Positions 42,232 to 58,175 of a DNA stretch of 64,000 bases are shown here, in pieces. The notes under the pieces were generated by a model. That model saw nothing but the letters and a program-made list of their open reading frames with translations. It was not told where the DNA came from and searched no databases. The position numbers and the translations under genes were made by a program. Numbering within the stretch: position 1 is the stretch's first letter; the number at the start of each line of letters is the position of its first letter. This stretch comes from Proteromonas lacertae (lineage: Eukaryota): positions 1 through 64,000 of the forward strand of contig NGBS01000877.1 of assembly GCA_002245135.1 (NCBI GenBank). Direction: 5' to 3'.

Positions 42232-43253
42232 TTAAATTATAACACAACAACATTGCTGTTTTTTTCTTAACTCTTCTTCCTCTTCAAGTCTCTTCCTTTC
42301 TTCTTCCTCTTCTCTCTTTTTCTTTTCTTCCTCTTCTTGCTGTTGTTTTTTTCTTTTTTCTTCTTCCTCCTTTCTTTTCTTTTCTTCTTCTTCTATTCTC
42401 TTTCGTTCCTCTTCAACTTTTCTTTTCCTCTCTTCTTCCTCCTTTCTCTTCTTTTCTTCTTCTTCTATTTTTCTTTTTTTCTCTTCTTCAATCTTACGTC
42501 TTTCTTCTTCTATTCTCTTCTTTTCTTCTTCTTTCTTTCTTATAATTTCATTCTCTATTATTAGATCACTTTCAGATTGTTCTACTTTTTCACTTTGTTT
42601 GTATTCATTTTCACTTACTTCGCTGAATGTTATTGTGTTTGGATCTTCACCATCTTTCAATCCTTTACAATTTTCACAATGTTCATCTATTTGATATAAA
42701 TACATTACACTTCCACATTTATTACATTTGTAATACTTCTCTATCTTCATATTCATTATATTACTATCATATTCATCATTATTACTGCTTATATTGATTA
42801 AATTGTTTTGATCATTTTCATATGATTGTATCAATTGTTCGTTTTCTTCATAACATGCTTTTATTAAGCTTATAAATTCTTTATTTCTTATTTCACATGG
42901 CTTCAGAGTAGGTTTTCTTAATTCATATTCTTCATAACTAATCTGAGTATAATTTGGTTGGTCAGTTAGTTGCTTACAATCTTTAATGTGTATATCTTTG
43001 TAATATGAAGGGAATGCAACACTACATGATTCACACAACAAGTAAGTATCTAAAAACGAATATTATATGAATTATATACCATTAATTTTATCTATATTCT
43101 CTAAAATAAATTCTTGGTTTTTTGAATAAGGTTCTATTAAGTCGCTTATAGTCATTTCTTCAACTTTTGATTGGATTGGCTTTCTCTTATATTTCTGACC
43201 TTTTACTCTTTTTGTTTTTCCTACATTGTAATATCACTTCAAATACCTGCCAT
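42232..43253 (-). CDS. Protein with two CxxC...HxxxC (UBZ/TRAF-like) Zn fingers, an E/K/R helix and a CaaX box
   Basis: CESC...HIKDC and CNKC...HCENC, charged helix, ends CCCVII. Two GT-AG introns from ATG 43253. Confidence 0.7.
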
Positions 43254-43489
43254 TATGACAATTTTAAATTTTATAAATTCAAAAAATATATCCGTTTTGA
43301 AGTAGTTTTTTCTTTTTCTGAGCTTAATAGGTTTTAAACATCAATTTCAACAGTTAAAATACAATTCAGAGCATTATAAAAACATAATTATATACTGAAA
43401 TAGCGAAAGACACAATTCTTTTAAATTACTGTAATTTACATTGTGATTGACATTACTTCTGTATTTTTTGATTTTCGCAGCTTATAAGA

Positions 43490-46400
43490 ATGATTATAGA
43501 TGGATGTCTTGAAAAAATAAAGACTTGTGGAGGAAGTTCTTTTTAAAAGATGATTTAACAGATGAATACTACTTATTATGTGATGATGACAATAACCACT
43601 ACCCATTAGAGTTTAAATGTATTCATATAAAGAAATCTACCCATTTCTATAATCCAAGTAAAAATTTAATTGGAAGGTTTGATGGAAAGCAATATTTAGT
43701 GTCATTGAATGCTTCAACATTAGAATTTTATGAAATCAATAAATTGGTACATCATGAAGAAGAATATCTAGAATTTCCATATTGGTCAAAAAAGAGTGGT
43801 AAATGCACATTCAAGAAGTGTTATCAACTCATAGATTCATTCAAATGTCAATTTACAAATTATTCAGCAGTTTCAATATGCCTAATAAGTGATATGATAG
43901 CTGTAAGCAACAAAAAAGGTCAGATTTTATACTTTTCATTTAAAGATCATAAAACACCTAGTAGATTTGATACATTAGAAAATAATCCAATAATTTCAAT
44001 GAATTATAACTCTTTATATTCAATACTATCAGTATTTTATTTAAATGGTAAAATGGTTATCTATTATTTACAAGATAAGATATTCTTACCTTATTCATCC
44101 TATTCACCTGAATTATCTTCTCCTATAATATGTTATTCAATAAACAAGAAGAAATTGACATATGTTTTTTATCATAAAGATTTAACAATCTCTGTATATA
44201 CATTATCCATATTGAATGATGATAAAAAGATGATTAAATTTTCATTATTATATAAACCATTTCAATTACCATTAAATAATGATCCAATTATTTCATTATC
44301 AATCGATCAGAGATGTAAATCTGTTTATTATAATAGTCTTAAGTCATTTGGGATAATTACATTAAATGGTGATTATATATACAATAGTGATGATAATGAT
44401 GATATTCATATAAACCCAAAGAATGGATTTTTTACTAATATAATGTTAGTTATATTTGATGATAAGAATTTCATTTATAAATTGAAGATATTACATAGTT
44501 ATAATGATAATATATGTGTTAACAATAAAATATATTTATATTCAAATGATCAATTCTATAAGTATGATGATGAAGAGAATATCTGGTCACTTCATAAAGT
44601 ATAAAATATATTATAACGACTATATTTTCATAATAGATTTCAATATATCCGTTTACTACAAATATAATGCCTCATAGTATATATTCGTTAGTAGCGATGT
44701 TTGGTAATGATACATTGATATTATATGATACTTTAAATAGAGAATATAAGAAGTACATTAAAAAGAATGGTATTTTTCTGGATGTAAAATGGTGGAAGAA
44801 TGATTGGATAATCATACTAACCTATAATACAAATACACAAAAATACACTGTATTATTTTTATTATTATTGTATTTAGATATATTCATGTCATTTGTTCAA
44901 GAGATTAGTTCAATTATCTTCCTTTAGTTCTCCCAAACATTTACAGGAATATAATGATATAAGATCAAATCCATCAAATAACAATATTCATGTAATTAAT
45001 CAATTATTTGATTATGATTTTAGTGAAATATGTGCGTCACCTAAATCTTCAACATTTGCAAATACAATATATCAGTCACCTAAAATATTAACATCAACTT
45101 TGAGAAAGTCTTTTTCCTTTTCATCAGTTAAATCTCCTAAATCATCAACATCATCCGCTTCTTCTAATTCAGCAACTAAAACTCCAACTCCTCAATTAGA
45201 AAAAGCAATAGAAGAAGAAGAAGGAGAAGGAAGAAAAGAAAGTAATAGTAATTATAATACAAATAACATTGGTGGAATGTATAAATATGAATTTGATTCA
45301 AAATCAATGCCATTGTTAATCCAATTCAATAATTGGTTAATAATTTATTCATTTTCAATAGGAATCAAACTGTTCAATATAACAATGGTAAATAATACAC
45401 CTACTTTAGAGTTACAATATAAATATGACAATAATATCATCCCCTATTATTTCACTCAATTGCATATTTGTCCTACTAATACTGGATTTCCATATCTATT
45501 AGGTATTGCTTTAGATAAAAATGTTTATTATTCACGAATTGATACTAATGAATGGATTTGTATTACAAATAATGTTCAAAAGATATTTATTACTTGTTTC
45601 TCTACAGATATAATTGAAATACAGTGGTGTGTATTTATTATGAAATATAATAGTGATATTGAAGTATATATATATATATATTATTGTTATTATTAATTAG
45701 ATTTGGTTTCCTTCATTGCATTCAAATGATTTAGAATTATCATTTCCAAAATATAACAATCAGTTTAGGTTAATCAGTATTAATCCAAAGAATAATTGTT
45801 ATATATATCTAAGTAATAATTCACATTCAATTCGTAATAACATATCAAGCAATAACATATATTTTGATTTCTCTATTGTTGAACAATCCTTTGTTCATCA
45901 TATTTCATTACATTTTCTTATTAAATATGAACATTATTTTGAATCTTTCTTAAGTAGTTATTTATATCTAATGACTGAAAGTAAATTGGATGTTTTACAA
46001 AAGATATTTTCATATATTGTATTGCATTATAACAACAAAGAAATGAATAAAAAGAAAGAGAATGTTGAAGATATAAGTAATAGTAATAATGGTAAAGACA
46101 ATTACATATCAGTTTTTTACTTGTTTCAAAAGTTGATACAAAGATATAATGTCAATTCTCAAATCTGCTTCCAAGCTGCTAGATCTATGGATGGTAATTA
46201 TTGGAGTAGAATATTCATAGAGCCAAATTATACTTTAGATATTTTATATAACAAAAGCTTTGAACTAAAGGCATATAAAACATGTTTAATTGCTTTACCA
46301 ATCTATGGAGTTGAATGTACAGCAATAACAGGGAAGAATATCCCAAAGTATCACTTAAATACAATAAAATTTCAAGAAAGTTTGAAACTGTTTATTAATA

Positions 46401-47332
46401 ACTCAAAATCTTTATCATTTCGTCGTAAAAGCTCTTTAAGCAGTAGTGCACATTCATTTCATTTTTCTAATGATAATAGAAGTCCACAGAATTATTTTAC
46501 TAACGAACCATCTCAACAACAACAGTCAATATTAGAATCAAATACAAATACAAACATATATTCAACTACTCCAAACTCATCCCCTACATCAACATCATCT
46601 TATTCTCCAACTCCTACTTCTATTGTAGTTTCTGATGTTTTAACTGTAATAGAAAAACCATTCTATATTGATATTCCTTGTTTGTCGTTAGAAAAAGCTA
46701 TAGAATTGTTGTTATATAGTTGTCTAGATAGAAATATCAACACCAACAACAATAATAAATTAATAAAACATATAATAGATTTCATTAATAGAGAATTATT
46801 AAGGCATTGTAGTTGTGAATCTTTATCAAAACTAGAAATAGATCCAAGCGATGGTTTAAGAGAACTATTCAATGATATTTATATATATTTGATAAAAACA
46901 AATAATTTCATATATTTATATATGTTACTATCATATATAGGAACAAAAGTAATCAATTTAAATGATAATAATTGTTTAAATGAAGATGATAAAAAGAGTG
47001 AAGTGTTTGAAATGAATGCTATAACAATAACCAAAATATTGGATGATTTGTTACAACAATTTGAAATTCATTATGATATAGAAGAGAAAGGCAAAATTAT
47101 TAATAAAGTTATTATTGGTCCAACTGATGATGTGGATGATAATGAATTTAATTCTAAAATAGGAGTAAAAGGAAAAACAAAGGAATTAAATACGTTGAGT
47201 AATTATTTCGAGTGTATGGAATTGTATAATTATGCTTTGTTATGTTATATAATCTTGAAGGATAAAATAAAAGTGGAATCATTGAAAGATAAATGTGAAA
47301 CTGTATGGAATTATATGTTTAGAGCTAAATAA
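43490..47332 (+). CDS. RIC1: RIC1-like (Rab6 GEF subunit)
   Basis: Beta-propeller-like N-terminus. C-terminal QAARSMDGNYWSRIF...LYNKSF...KTCLIALPI and AIELLLYSCL...LIKHIIDFI resemble the RIC1 domain. Three introns and a probable 1-nt error at ~43540. Confidence 0.6.
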
Positions 47333-47907
47333 TAGTGTAATTGATATTATTTTGCTATTTAAGTATGTGTATGGAGCGTTTTTCATATAGTATTATTGTT
47401 TATTTTCACTTTTTTGTGTTTTGAGATTATATAATATCTATCAATAGGATATAATATCTTGCAATAACATATTTATAAATGGATGCGAAGGAAAACTTTG
47501 ATTTAATAAACAGACTTGATTTGAAATTTGCTCATAAGTATTTAAACTCAAATCAATAACATTAAATCTCGGAAGTATGTTAGATGATATATGAATACAC
47601 AGCTCAGGTCAAGATTAAGAGAATTTAGATAAAATTCTTCAGCGATATTAGTTTTAGATAATTTATATTAGTATTCAGCATATATTAAAAAAATTGTGAT
47701 AAAAGTGATATTTTTTAAAATATTTTGTTTAAAATAACTGAAATTAAAGAAATACAGGTTAATTATTTGTAAATTTTAAGGAATTATTATCATGAATAGT
47801 TGGAGATGATTTACATAGAGAGATTGAAGTTATACAGAAATGAGAATTACTTAAAAAATCTTTTGAAAGAATAGGTATATTGATATATATTAGAAATAAT
47901 AAAATAG

Positions 47908-50900
47908 TTATTCTATATTAGAAAATTCACTTGATAATTGCTTCTTTTCTTCTTCTAAAATTCCATCCAGTTTTATAATTTTAATTGATGAAAAAGTTTC
48001 TAAAAATGATTTTAATTCTGATTCATCTATATTTTGTTTTAGAGTTATTGATAATTCATCTAAACAATCAAATACTTCTTTGTTTTCTTCCATTAATATT
48101 AATTCTCTCTCATTTAATTCATTTCCTGATATGTTTATCTTTCTTAATGATATATAATCTCTTAATCTCTTTATTAAGTTTTTTAATCCCTCTTCACTCA
48201 TTCCTGTATCTAATCAAATAACAAAATAATATATTATACTTGAAAGATTTAATGATGATGATGAATATGGAACAAATTGATCAAGATATGAACATATTGT
48301 ATTTATTCCTTTATCTCCAAGTGGATTATTATGTATTGATATATATTTTGAATATCTTTCTACATGACCCATTAAATTTTTTAACCCTTTATGATTAATG
48401 TGATTATCAGATAAATCAATTTTATAATAGTCAATTTGTTTAATTAATTCTATGTGAGTTTCATTCAAATTTAACTTAGACAAATCATGTTCTATGTCAT
48501 ATTTTTTTTTCATTTTACTATAACTACCCAAATAATTCAAATAATATTCCAATTCTCCATTTGTCCATGATGAACTTTTCATTTTTATTAACGGATAATC
48601 TTCACTTTCTAATGATTTTTCACATATTGTTTTTAATCCATTCATTCTTATATTATTTCCACTTAGATTAATTGCATCACATTTTCCAACCATATCTAGT
48701 TTACTTGACAATAAAACTACACTGTCATCATCTATTGAGATATTACACAAATCAATTTCATATTTATCATTATGTAATGTTTCTAAACTTGCTAGTAGCA
48801 TTTTAAACCCTTGATTACTAATAGGATTATCTATTAACATATAAAATAAAAAATTTATACTATGAATGACTAATTTTTCAATATTATTATTCTCTTTCCT
48901 GTAATTCACTAAAAGTTCTATTCCTTCTAAATCTATATTATTATAGCTTATGTCAAGTATATGGATATATTTATTTATCTTTTTTAAACCATCTAATAAA
49001 TATTTTAACCCATCAGAAGTTAATCCCATTTCTATTCAAAATTATATAATGATAATTATACTTGAGCATATTGTATAACCAAAGCTAATAAATGACTGAA
49101 TGTATTTAGATAGTATTTTCATTCCTATATCTCCTGTTTCATTCCCATTTAACTGAAATTTAAGACTTGGCAATGAAGACATCTTATCTATCAATGTTAC
49201 TACACTTTTAACTGTTAGTTTATTATCTAAATAATAATACAAATATCCAAATATACTACTCATATTCAAATTCACAATTTCTTTTAATTCGTTTGATCTT
49301 AACATTAACATGCATCTGAATAAATAATCATCAATTCCACAATCACTCAGGTTGCATACATTATTTTTGTTTTTTATGTATTGAACTAATTCTGGAATAT
49401 CTCTATCAATCAACAATTCTTTACTTCCATTGAAATCAAATGATATTCCTGATATAAGAAATTTGGAAAATAATGATTTTAATCCTTTTGAATGAATATT
49501 CTTATTCCCTCTAATATCTATTTTCTTTAGATATGGATACTGATATAATTCTAATGATAATTCTTTTATTGATTCATCATTTAAATTCATTTCTGATAAA
49601 TTCAGCACTTCATAATTGTTGATTAATAAATGAAGATGTGGAAGTAATAATCTGAATCCTTCTGACCCAATCGGATTAACTATTTCATAATAACATAATA
49701 AATACATTCAAGATTGATATATTTCAATTTCATGAAGGGAATTGATTTAACAAATGATTCAACAAAATGGTATGTAAGATTACATTTCGATAAATCTAAT
49801 TGTTGTACATACAATATCTGATTTAAACATAACCCAAATAATGACTGATGTTTAATTGGAATAATCAAACCATGATACTCATCTAAATAAATTATACTAA
49901 TAATTATCATACCAAAAACTAGTTTCTTTGGTTTAAAATGTCTTATTATTCTGAAGAAATACTTAATTCCTTCTTCACACAGACAAAAACATCTTGAATC
50001 CACAACAATTCTCTCATTATCATTAATTATTATACCAAATACCATCTCATCTAAATAACATTTTGTATTATAGTCACATTCGTGATAAATCTGAAATTTA
50101 AGTTCATTTCTTATTGAATTATCTTTTCTGTATAATTTCATATTTAACAATATTAACAGTATTTTTTCATTAGGATTTTTATTGTATGATTTTATTATTT
50201 TATCTCGTACTTCTATAATATAATAATTGCCAAAGCATTATATAATTTATACCTTTCCATTTATCACTGTTAACATAATATATTGGTTTGTACAATATCG
50301 GAAGTGTAATATTATTCTTATCATTATTTAATAACATATTTTTTCTTTCTTCACATATCTTCATCATATTATCACCTTCATATCTCAATATTTCACTCAT
50401 TTTTATGATTTCTTTCTTCAATTCTTTTAAACTCAATCGATCTTCATTTTTCACTTTTAGCATTTTATTTATCATCTCTTTCATCACATCATCACAATCT
50501 ACTTCAAAACTGTATTTACATCTCATAATATTCTCTTTAATTTTATTCATATTATTATCTTCATTGAATTGTAATTTCTTGTTCATCATCTCATATAATA
50601 TACAACCAATTGACCAAATCACACTTTTCTCATTACGTTCTAAACCATTCAACTCTTCTGGAGATTTAAAACACATATCATTTAATCTCATATCTTCCTC
50701 CTTTCTCACATCATCTAAGAATAAATCACACACTTTTATATTGCCATCTCCTTCATATATCACATTTGAACTCTTCAAATTACTTATCACTAAATTATAT
50801 TCATTGAATATCATCAATATATCACAAATTGATAGAATAACTTTACATTTATCATCACTTGTAAGAGACTTACTTTGAATGATCTCTTTTAAATCTTTAA

Positions 50901-52572
50901 AGTAATAATCTCTTGATATTAACACATATTCACCATAACCAGCTATTTGATCTATTCTAAAAGGTTGTATGAAGGATGAACAGCATTCTAACATAATTGA
51001 GTTATTCTCATGTAATTCTAACATCTTTTTTTCTTTCATTTTTTTCATCTTAATGATTTTTATCTTTTTTATAACAATATTATGTTGAACTACCAAATCT
51101 ACTTCATTATCACTTCTTTTTTCTTTTTCTTTATTCTATTATTTATAACGCAATTTATATACTAGTGTGTTGGATTTTAAAAATTGAGATAATACATAAT
51201 CTGTAAAGCAATTAATCATTGATTCATCATTAAACATTTCATAAAAAGTAATTGCTTCTCTCTTATTTTTATTTGTATTCATTATTAAATAAATAATTTT
51301 GTTCAGATGAGATAAAAATCGGATTTTATGTAGTTTCATTTCTTTCAAATCTTTATCTGTAAAAGGTGGATTAACTTGATTAATTGAAGGAAATAAAATC
51401 TATATAAATAATAAGAAATAAATAATATATACAGGTATATTATCATCATTCCAATATGAATCGAATTCTTCTTCACTCATTTCACTTATTTCCTTTAAAG
51501 TTTTACCTCCTATACGACTACCTTCTAAATAGAAATTTACAGTCAGAGAAGGATATGCACTACTACTTTCCAAATTATCACAACTATCATAACGAGTTGA
51601 AGAAGACACTGATAATTGAGAGGGTGATTGTTGAGTTGTCTTTTGTGGGTGTGAATGTGGATTAGAATGTTGAGTTGATTCAGATAGTAATTCTATAAGT
51701 AACTTCTGTAAAAATGGTTGAAAGTATTGTGATAATTTATTTATTTTTTCTTCTATTTCATTCAATTTTATTCTATCCTTTGGAGATTTTTCAAGCATTC
51801 TTTCAATCAACTTTTCTATTTCTTCTATTCTTTGACATTTTACTCTATCAAATCTCATATGTCTTTTGTGAATAATCTTTTCTGTTGCAACATATTTTTC
51901 ACCTTCAAATGCTATTCTTAATGTGTACAATTCATATAATATACAACCCAATGCAAATATATCACTTGATTCTGAATATGGTGGAGGTTGGTTACACCAC
52001 AATTCAGGTGCAATGTAATTAGGAGTTCCAAATATATCAAAATCCATTATTTCCTTTTCTTTAGCTAATCCAAAATCACTGATTTTTAATTCACTATTAT
52101 CTCCAACTAAGATATTTCCAGGTTTTAAATCTCGATGAATTATTCCTTTGTTATGAATATACTTTAAACCATTTACCAAATCTTTCATATAGTTGATTAT
52201 CTCCTAAACATTAATATTCATAAAGTAATATACACTAATTGAGAAATCTTCTTCTTTCATTCTTTTAAAATTGATTATATTCTTTAAATCGCCATTTTTG
52301 TAATATTCTGTGTAAAAATAAACAATATTCTCCTCTGTATCAACATAATAATCTTCTAATTTTAACACATTTTGATGTAGCAATTCCTTAAGCACATCTA
52401 TTTCATGAATTTTTTTGTTAATATCTAGATAATTATTTTTAAATTCAACTTCTTTCCTAGCTAATACTAAATTCTTACGAATAACTAACTGTACTTTACC
52501 ATATCCTCCACTACCTATTAATTTAAGTTCTACATCTGCATTATGTGGACGGTCTATTTCTTCGTTAGACAT
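47908..52572 (-). CDS. Tandem kinase-pseudokinase-LRR protein (NEK-like kinase fused to the pseudokinase-LRR module)
   Basis: Intact GSGGYG, ARK, HRDLKPGN, DFG and GTPNYIAPE. GT-AG introns at ~52205-52234, 51400-51432 and 51136-51162 splice in frame into the pseudokinase ORF 50200-51096 and the LRR exons. Confidence 0.75.
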
Positions 52573-53190
52573 CTATTATAATACTTTTAAAGATAAAATA
52601 TGCTTGATGGTTTGGATTTTTTATTTCAGTTACAATACCAAAATACTTATATACCGTTTATCCCACTTCAACAAATTGACTAAGGTATATTTGATTAATT
52701 TCATCTAACTTTACACTTTATAAAGCAGTAGAAGATATTTTCATCATTATCATTAAGAGCTATAGAATAGTATAATTAGTTTAATGTGTTGGATGTTGAT
52801 TATTAACTCGAATTTTATCTAAATTTATAATCATCGTAGTCATTTTACATTTTCTATTTTTTAGACAATGTAACCACTTCTTTTTATCCATTAGTATCTA
52901 AGTCTAATGTAATTAATAAGTAGAATTATCTACAAACGGATAGAACTGAAATAAACTAAATGTACAGAAATATAGATTTTTATAACTCAACACAAATCAT
53001 ATATATGTTATTGAAGGTTATATGATAATTTTTATGACTGAGAATAAAGCACAAATGTAATTTAGATTTTTATCGAAATATAGTCGTTTCAATATTCAAA
53101 AATATCATTTTATTACAGTAATAAAAGCAATCAATATAGAAATAAAACAATATTTTCTTATAGTTATATATATTCACAAAATTACATAAT

Positions 53191-54328
53191 TTACTTTCTC
53201 GTTTTCTTCTTCTTTTCTAATCGAACCATTATATGTTTACCATAAGCACAATTACTGATTGGAGGATTGATTTCTTTCACTATCTCGATTATTTTATTTC
53301 TTTCTTCATTGTTACATTCATCGATCACTTTTTGAACTACATAATTAGCATATTGATCTTCAATCATCTCCTGCAAATACGTTTTTTCACTTTTGGGATT
53401 ATATTTCAACATCATCTCAATCAATTCACTTTTCTCTCTATTATCACCACATTTTATACATTTCTCTATCACATTAGAAGAAAATTTTTCTTTAGATAAT
53501 TGAACTAAATTCATTTTTAATGATTCGATTATTCGATGAATATCTTCTCTTTTACCATGTTCCAATATATGTTGAATTACATAATTACCGAATTGATCTG
53601 AACTTAGCATCTCAATATTATTCATTATTTCATTCATTATATTCTTCACTTCTATACTATCACTACAGTTTTCTAAGATTCTTTGCATTACTCTACAGCC
53701 ATAAGTATGACAACTGTATTTCACTGCATTACCTTCTATTCCACTTAATAAGAATTTTATATAAATATATGGAATTGATTCAATTGCTTTTTGAATAACA
53801 TGATTTCCATTTTGGTCTTCGATTAAATCAATTACATTGTCTTTTAATTCATTGATTATTAAGATTTTATCTTCTAATTTCAATACTTCCATTGCTTTTT
53901 GAATGACTCTACAACCATATAATTGAATTGACAATTCATGAACATGACCAATCTATTGATATAATAATAATAATAATATATATATACAATTGATTGTAAT
54001 AAGATTTGTCTTTCATCTTCACTTCCATATTCAAATAATTTTTGAACTACATAATTTCCAAATACATCAGTTATTAATTCATAAGCATTTACACTCAATT
54101 CTTTGAATATTAAATCTCTTTCTTCATTACTGCATTTCTCTATTCCTGTTTGAAGGAAACGAGATCCTTGTTGATCTTTAGCAAATTCAAAACAATGACC
54201 ATATATTTGATTTAATTGCCATTTCTTTGATTTTTCACTGTTATGGAATTCTTCTAATAGATTACCACTTCCTCCTCCATTATTACTACTACCACTTACA
54301 TTGTTGTTATTACTATTATTGTTATGTA

Positions 54329-54361
<33 letters not shown>

Positions 54362-54488
54362 GTAAATGGGGATGATTGTTATTCTGACTTTGGTTTTGAT
54401 TTGGTATTATATAGTTATAATTCATTATACCATTCATATAACCACCATGTATTGGTTGAGGTTGTAGTAATGGTGGTTGAGATTGTGG

Positions 54489-54537
<49 letters not shown>

Positions 54538-55522
54538 GATTGACTTGGTATTATCATTGGATTATTAATTGGCATATATTGATAAAAAGGTGGTATTGAT
54601 GATGACTGTTGTTGCATTGGTATTGGTTGAGGAATTAATCCAGGAGGAGGAGGAGGAGGAGGAGGAATAGGTAATGAAGACTGTTGTTGTTGTTGTTGTT
54701 GTTGAGATAATGGAATTGAAGATGGATAAATAACATTCATGTTATTGCTATTATTGTATCTCATATTCATCATCATTGGATCAATATACATTTCATTCAT
54801 CATGTTATATCGATAATCATACCCATAAGTTGAAGGCTATTCAAATATAATAATAATTATAATTATTATGTATACATTTTGAACAAAGAGAGGATGATAT
54901 CTCTCATTATTGTTATTGTTGTTGTTGTTATTGCTTGGATTTTCACGAGGTGATGGTCCAATTGGTAAAGGAGGTGGTGTTGGTGTTACTGATGGAGATA
55001 TCATATTATATGATAATTCATTCACTACTGAATCACTTTCATCAATAGGTGAACTAACTCCACCACCAATGGGAGGTGTAACTGATGAAGGGATGATTGG
55101 TCTAGATGGACCTAATGGAGGTCTGTATCGAGATTGTTGCTGTTGTTGTTGTTGCTGGTATGAAGGAAGTGGATATGCATTTTGTCTTGGCATAAAATAT
55201 GCATATTGACTATTATCACGAGGACTTTCATCTACACTTTGAGCATAACCATTATTATAAAATGCTGGTTCCATCTACATAATTATAAATTACTAAGTTT
55301 TATACATCACCCATCAATGGAGCACTTGTTGGCCTTGGAACTTGTGCAATGCCACTTTCTTCACTGTAATAAGACATGGTAGGTGGCTATGTATAAATTA
55401 GTGGAATATAAAATCAATATAAATATATATACAGATCTAGATTCTTCATTTGGTACATATGCACGAGAATCTTGGAATAACTGAAAAAGATTAGAATCGC
55501 TTGAGGAGTTTTTAAAATCCAT
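53191..55522 (-). CDS. PUM: Pumilio/PUF RNA-binding protein
   Basis: Eight PUF repeats with the canonical recognition code (SRFLQ, NYVVQ, CRVIQ, NHVIQ, CRVMQ, NYVIQ, SNVIE, NYVVQ). Q/N/P-rich N-terminus. Four introns. Confidence 0.93.
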
Positions 55523-55859
55523 TTAAATTGACAAATGATTATGTATAATGCTACTAATATTTACAGGAATATGTATAACAACCTATGTACAGTATTTAAA
55601 AAAAGAAAAAATGATGAATCAAAAGCTTGGCATGTTTGATGCTTTGAAGTGGCGATTCATTTAATTCGCTCAGAACTCCTTTCTCAGACACTGTTGTTGT
55701 GTGTAACTAGCATTATTATGGTCACATCTATTCCTATTATTGCATTCGATCCAAAAAATTGAATTTTAATAATAGAACAAAAAAGAATTATCATCGAAAC
55801 AAACATAGCTTTCTATTACTCAGTTTTTAAAAACATCTTACAACACAATCTAAACAAAA

Positions 55860-56680
55860 TTATAGAGTTTTTTTAGCTTCATCTATCATAGCACACAAAG
55901 ATGCTTTATCATTCCCTATTTTCTCACCGATTAATATACAATTCCTTAAAAATATACTGTACTTGACATTACTCGAATTTAACCACACTACACCATTACT
56001 TCCTATAGCAATTTCAAATCCATCATATTTAGCAAGTTCTTGTATTATACAACAATTGGGATTCCTTAATCTAAACATAAATAAAAGCATTAAAACATAC
56101 AAAGAACAGTATAAAGGTGAACATTGAAATATTAAACCATCAACCAGTTCTCCATATATTGTTTCCTTTGTTGACCAATCTTTTTTTGGTCCCGTTAATT
56201 CAATGCATGATAATTCAACTGGTAAATCTCTAAATGCATTTACTACTCTACAAAACACGATTGTTCCTATTTTTAATTCTGGTCTATTACGTTTAGAAGC
56301 TCCTTGAAATGCTAGTGTTGGTAAGACTGCATTATCACTTGAGCCTATATCAACATAGTAATTATCTACATTCTTATCAATTATTACACCTATTATATTA
56401 TCATCAATTCGAGGAGGGTACTAATTTAAGATATAATAATTCATACTCTTTTGTAATTACAGATTATTCGGAATTTATTGGGTTTAAAGTATTGAAGTTT
56501 GCCAGAGTTTATAGCGAATATATTTTTACCTTGCTGAATTAATCCCATCCCTAAGGCTATATCATTTGTTATATTTGTGATTTGTGAAGTGACATTGTCA
56601 CCAGCTAATACAGGACACAGTATAGCACCATCTGGAATTTGTTGTGCATTATTTTGTGAATCATTATTTTCACTACTCAT
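55860..56680 (-). CDS. RRP40: Exosome complex component RRP40/EXOSC3
   Basis: LGMGL, KRYPPRIDDNIIGVI, LAFQGASKRNRPELKIG, FEIAIGSNGVVWL. Two introns. Confidence 0.92.
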
Positions 56681-57442
<762 letters not shown>

Positions 57443-57643
57443 TAAAACAAAACATACAAAATTAGTATCTTTTCTTTCTTTCTTTATTATTTTTTTTAAA
57501 TACATTATATTTGTATAATGTTATGTTGTTTAATTACAATTTACACCTAAAATATAATAAACAATACATATTTAATAATTTTCATAAATGATCAATGAAA
57601 TAGTATTGAAAAAATAAAACGAAAAATCTAATAATACATCATA

Positions 57644-58137
57644 TTACATCACATTACAACAGCTATCATTTTTATATACAACTACTTCAGAAGAATTACT
57701 ATAACTAATCTTTTTATCATTTTTATTTAATGAACTTGGAGTATCAGCTTCAAAACGTTCTTCCTCTTCTTTATTCTCTTTTGAATGTAATTTTTTAAAA
57801 TAATAATATTCATTAAGTATTAATTTCCTTAGATAGATCATTTCATCTCTCTGTTTCTCATGCATTACACTTTCATAGGAAAAATCCATTTTCTCATCAA
57901 TTGGAAATTCTTCTTCTAGAGAATCATGAATATCTTTAAAATATGGATGGTTTAATGCTTCTTCAATTGTTATTCTTTTATTAGGGTTGAATATTAACAT
58001 TTTACTCATCAAATCAACTGCATCTGGATCTGCAAATTTATATATATCTTCTAAATTTACTGGATTTGTATGAATTACCATATTCTGTAAGTAATTCTTA
58101 ACTATTGGATTATCAACTTCTTCAATATCTTCTCTAT

Positions 58138-58175
<38 letters not shown>

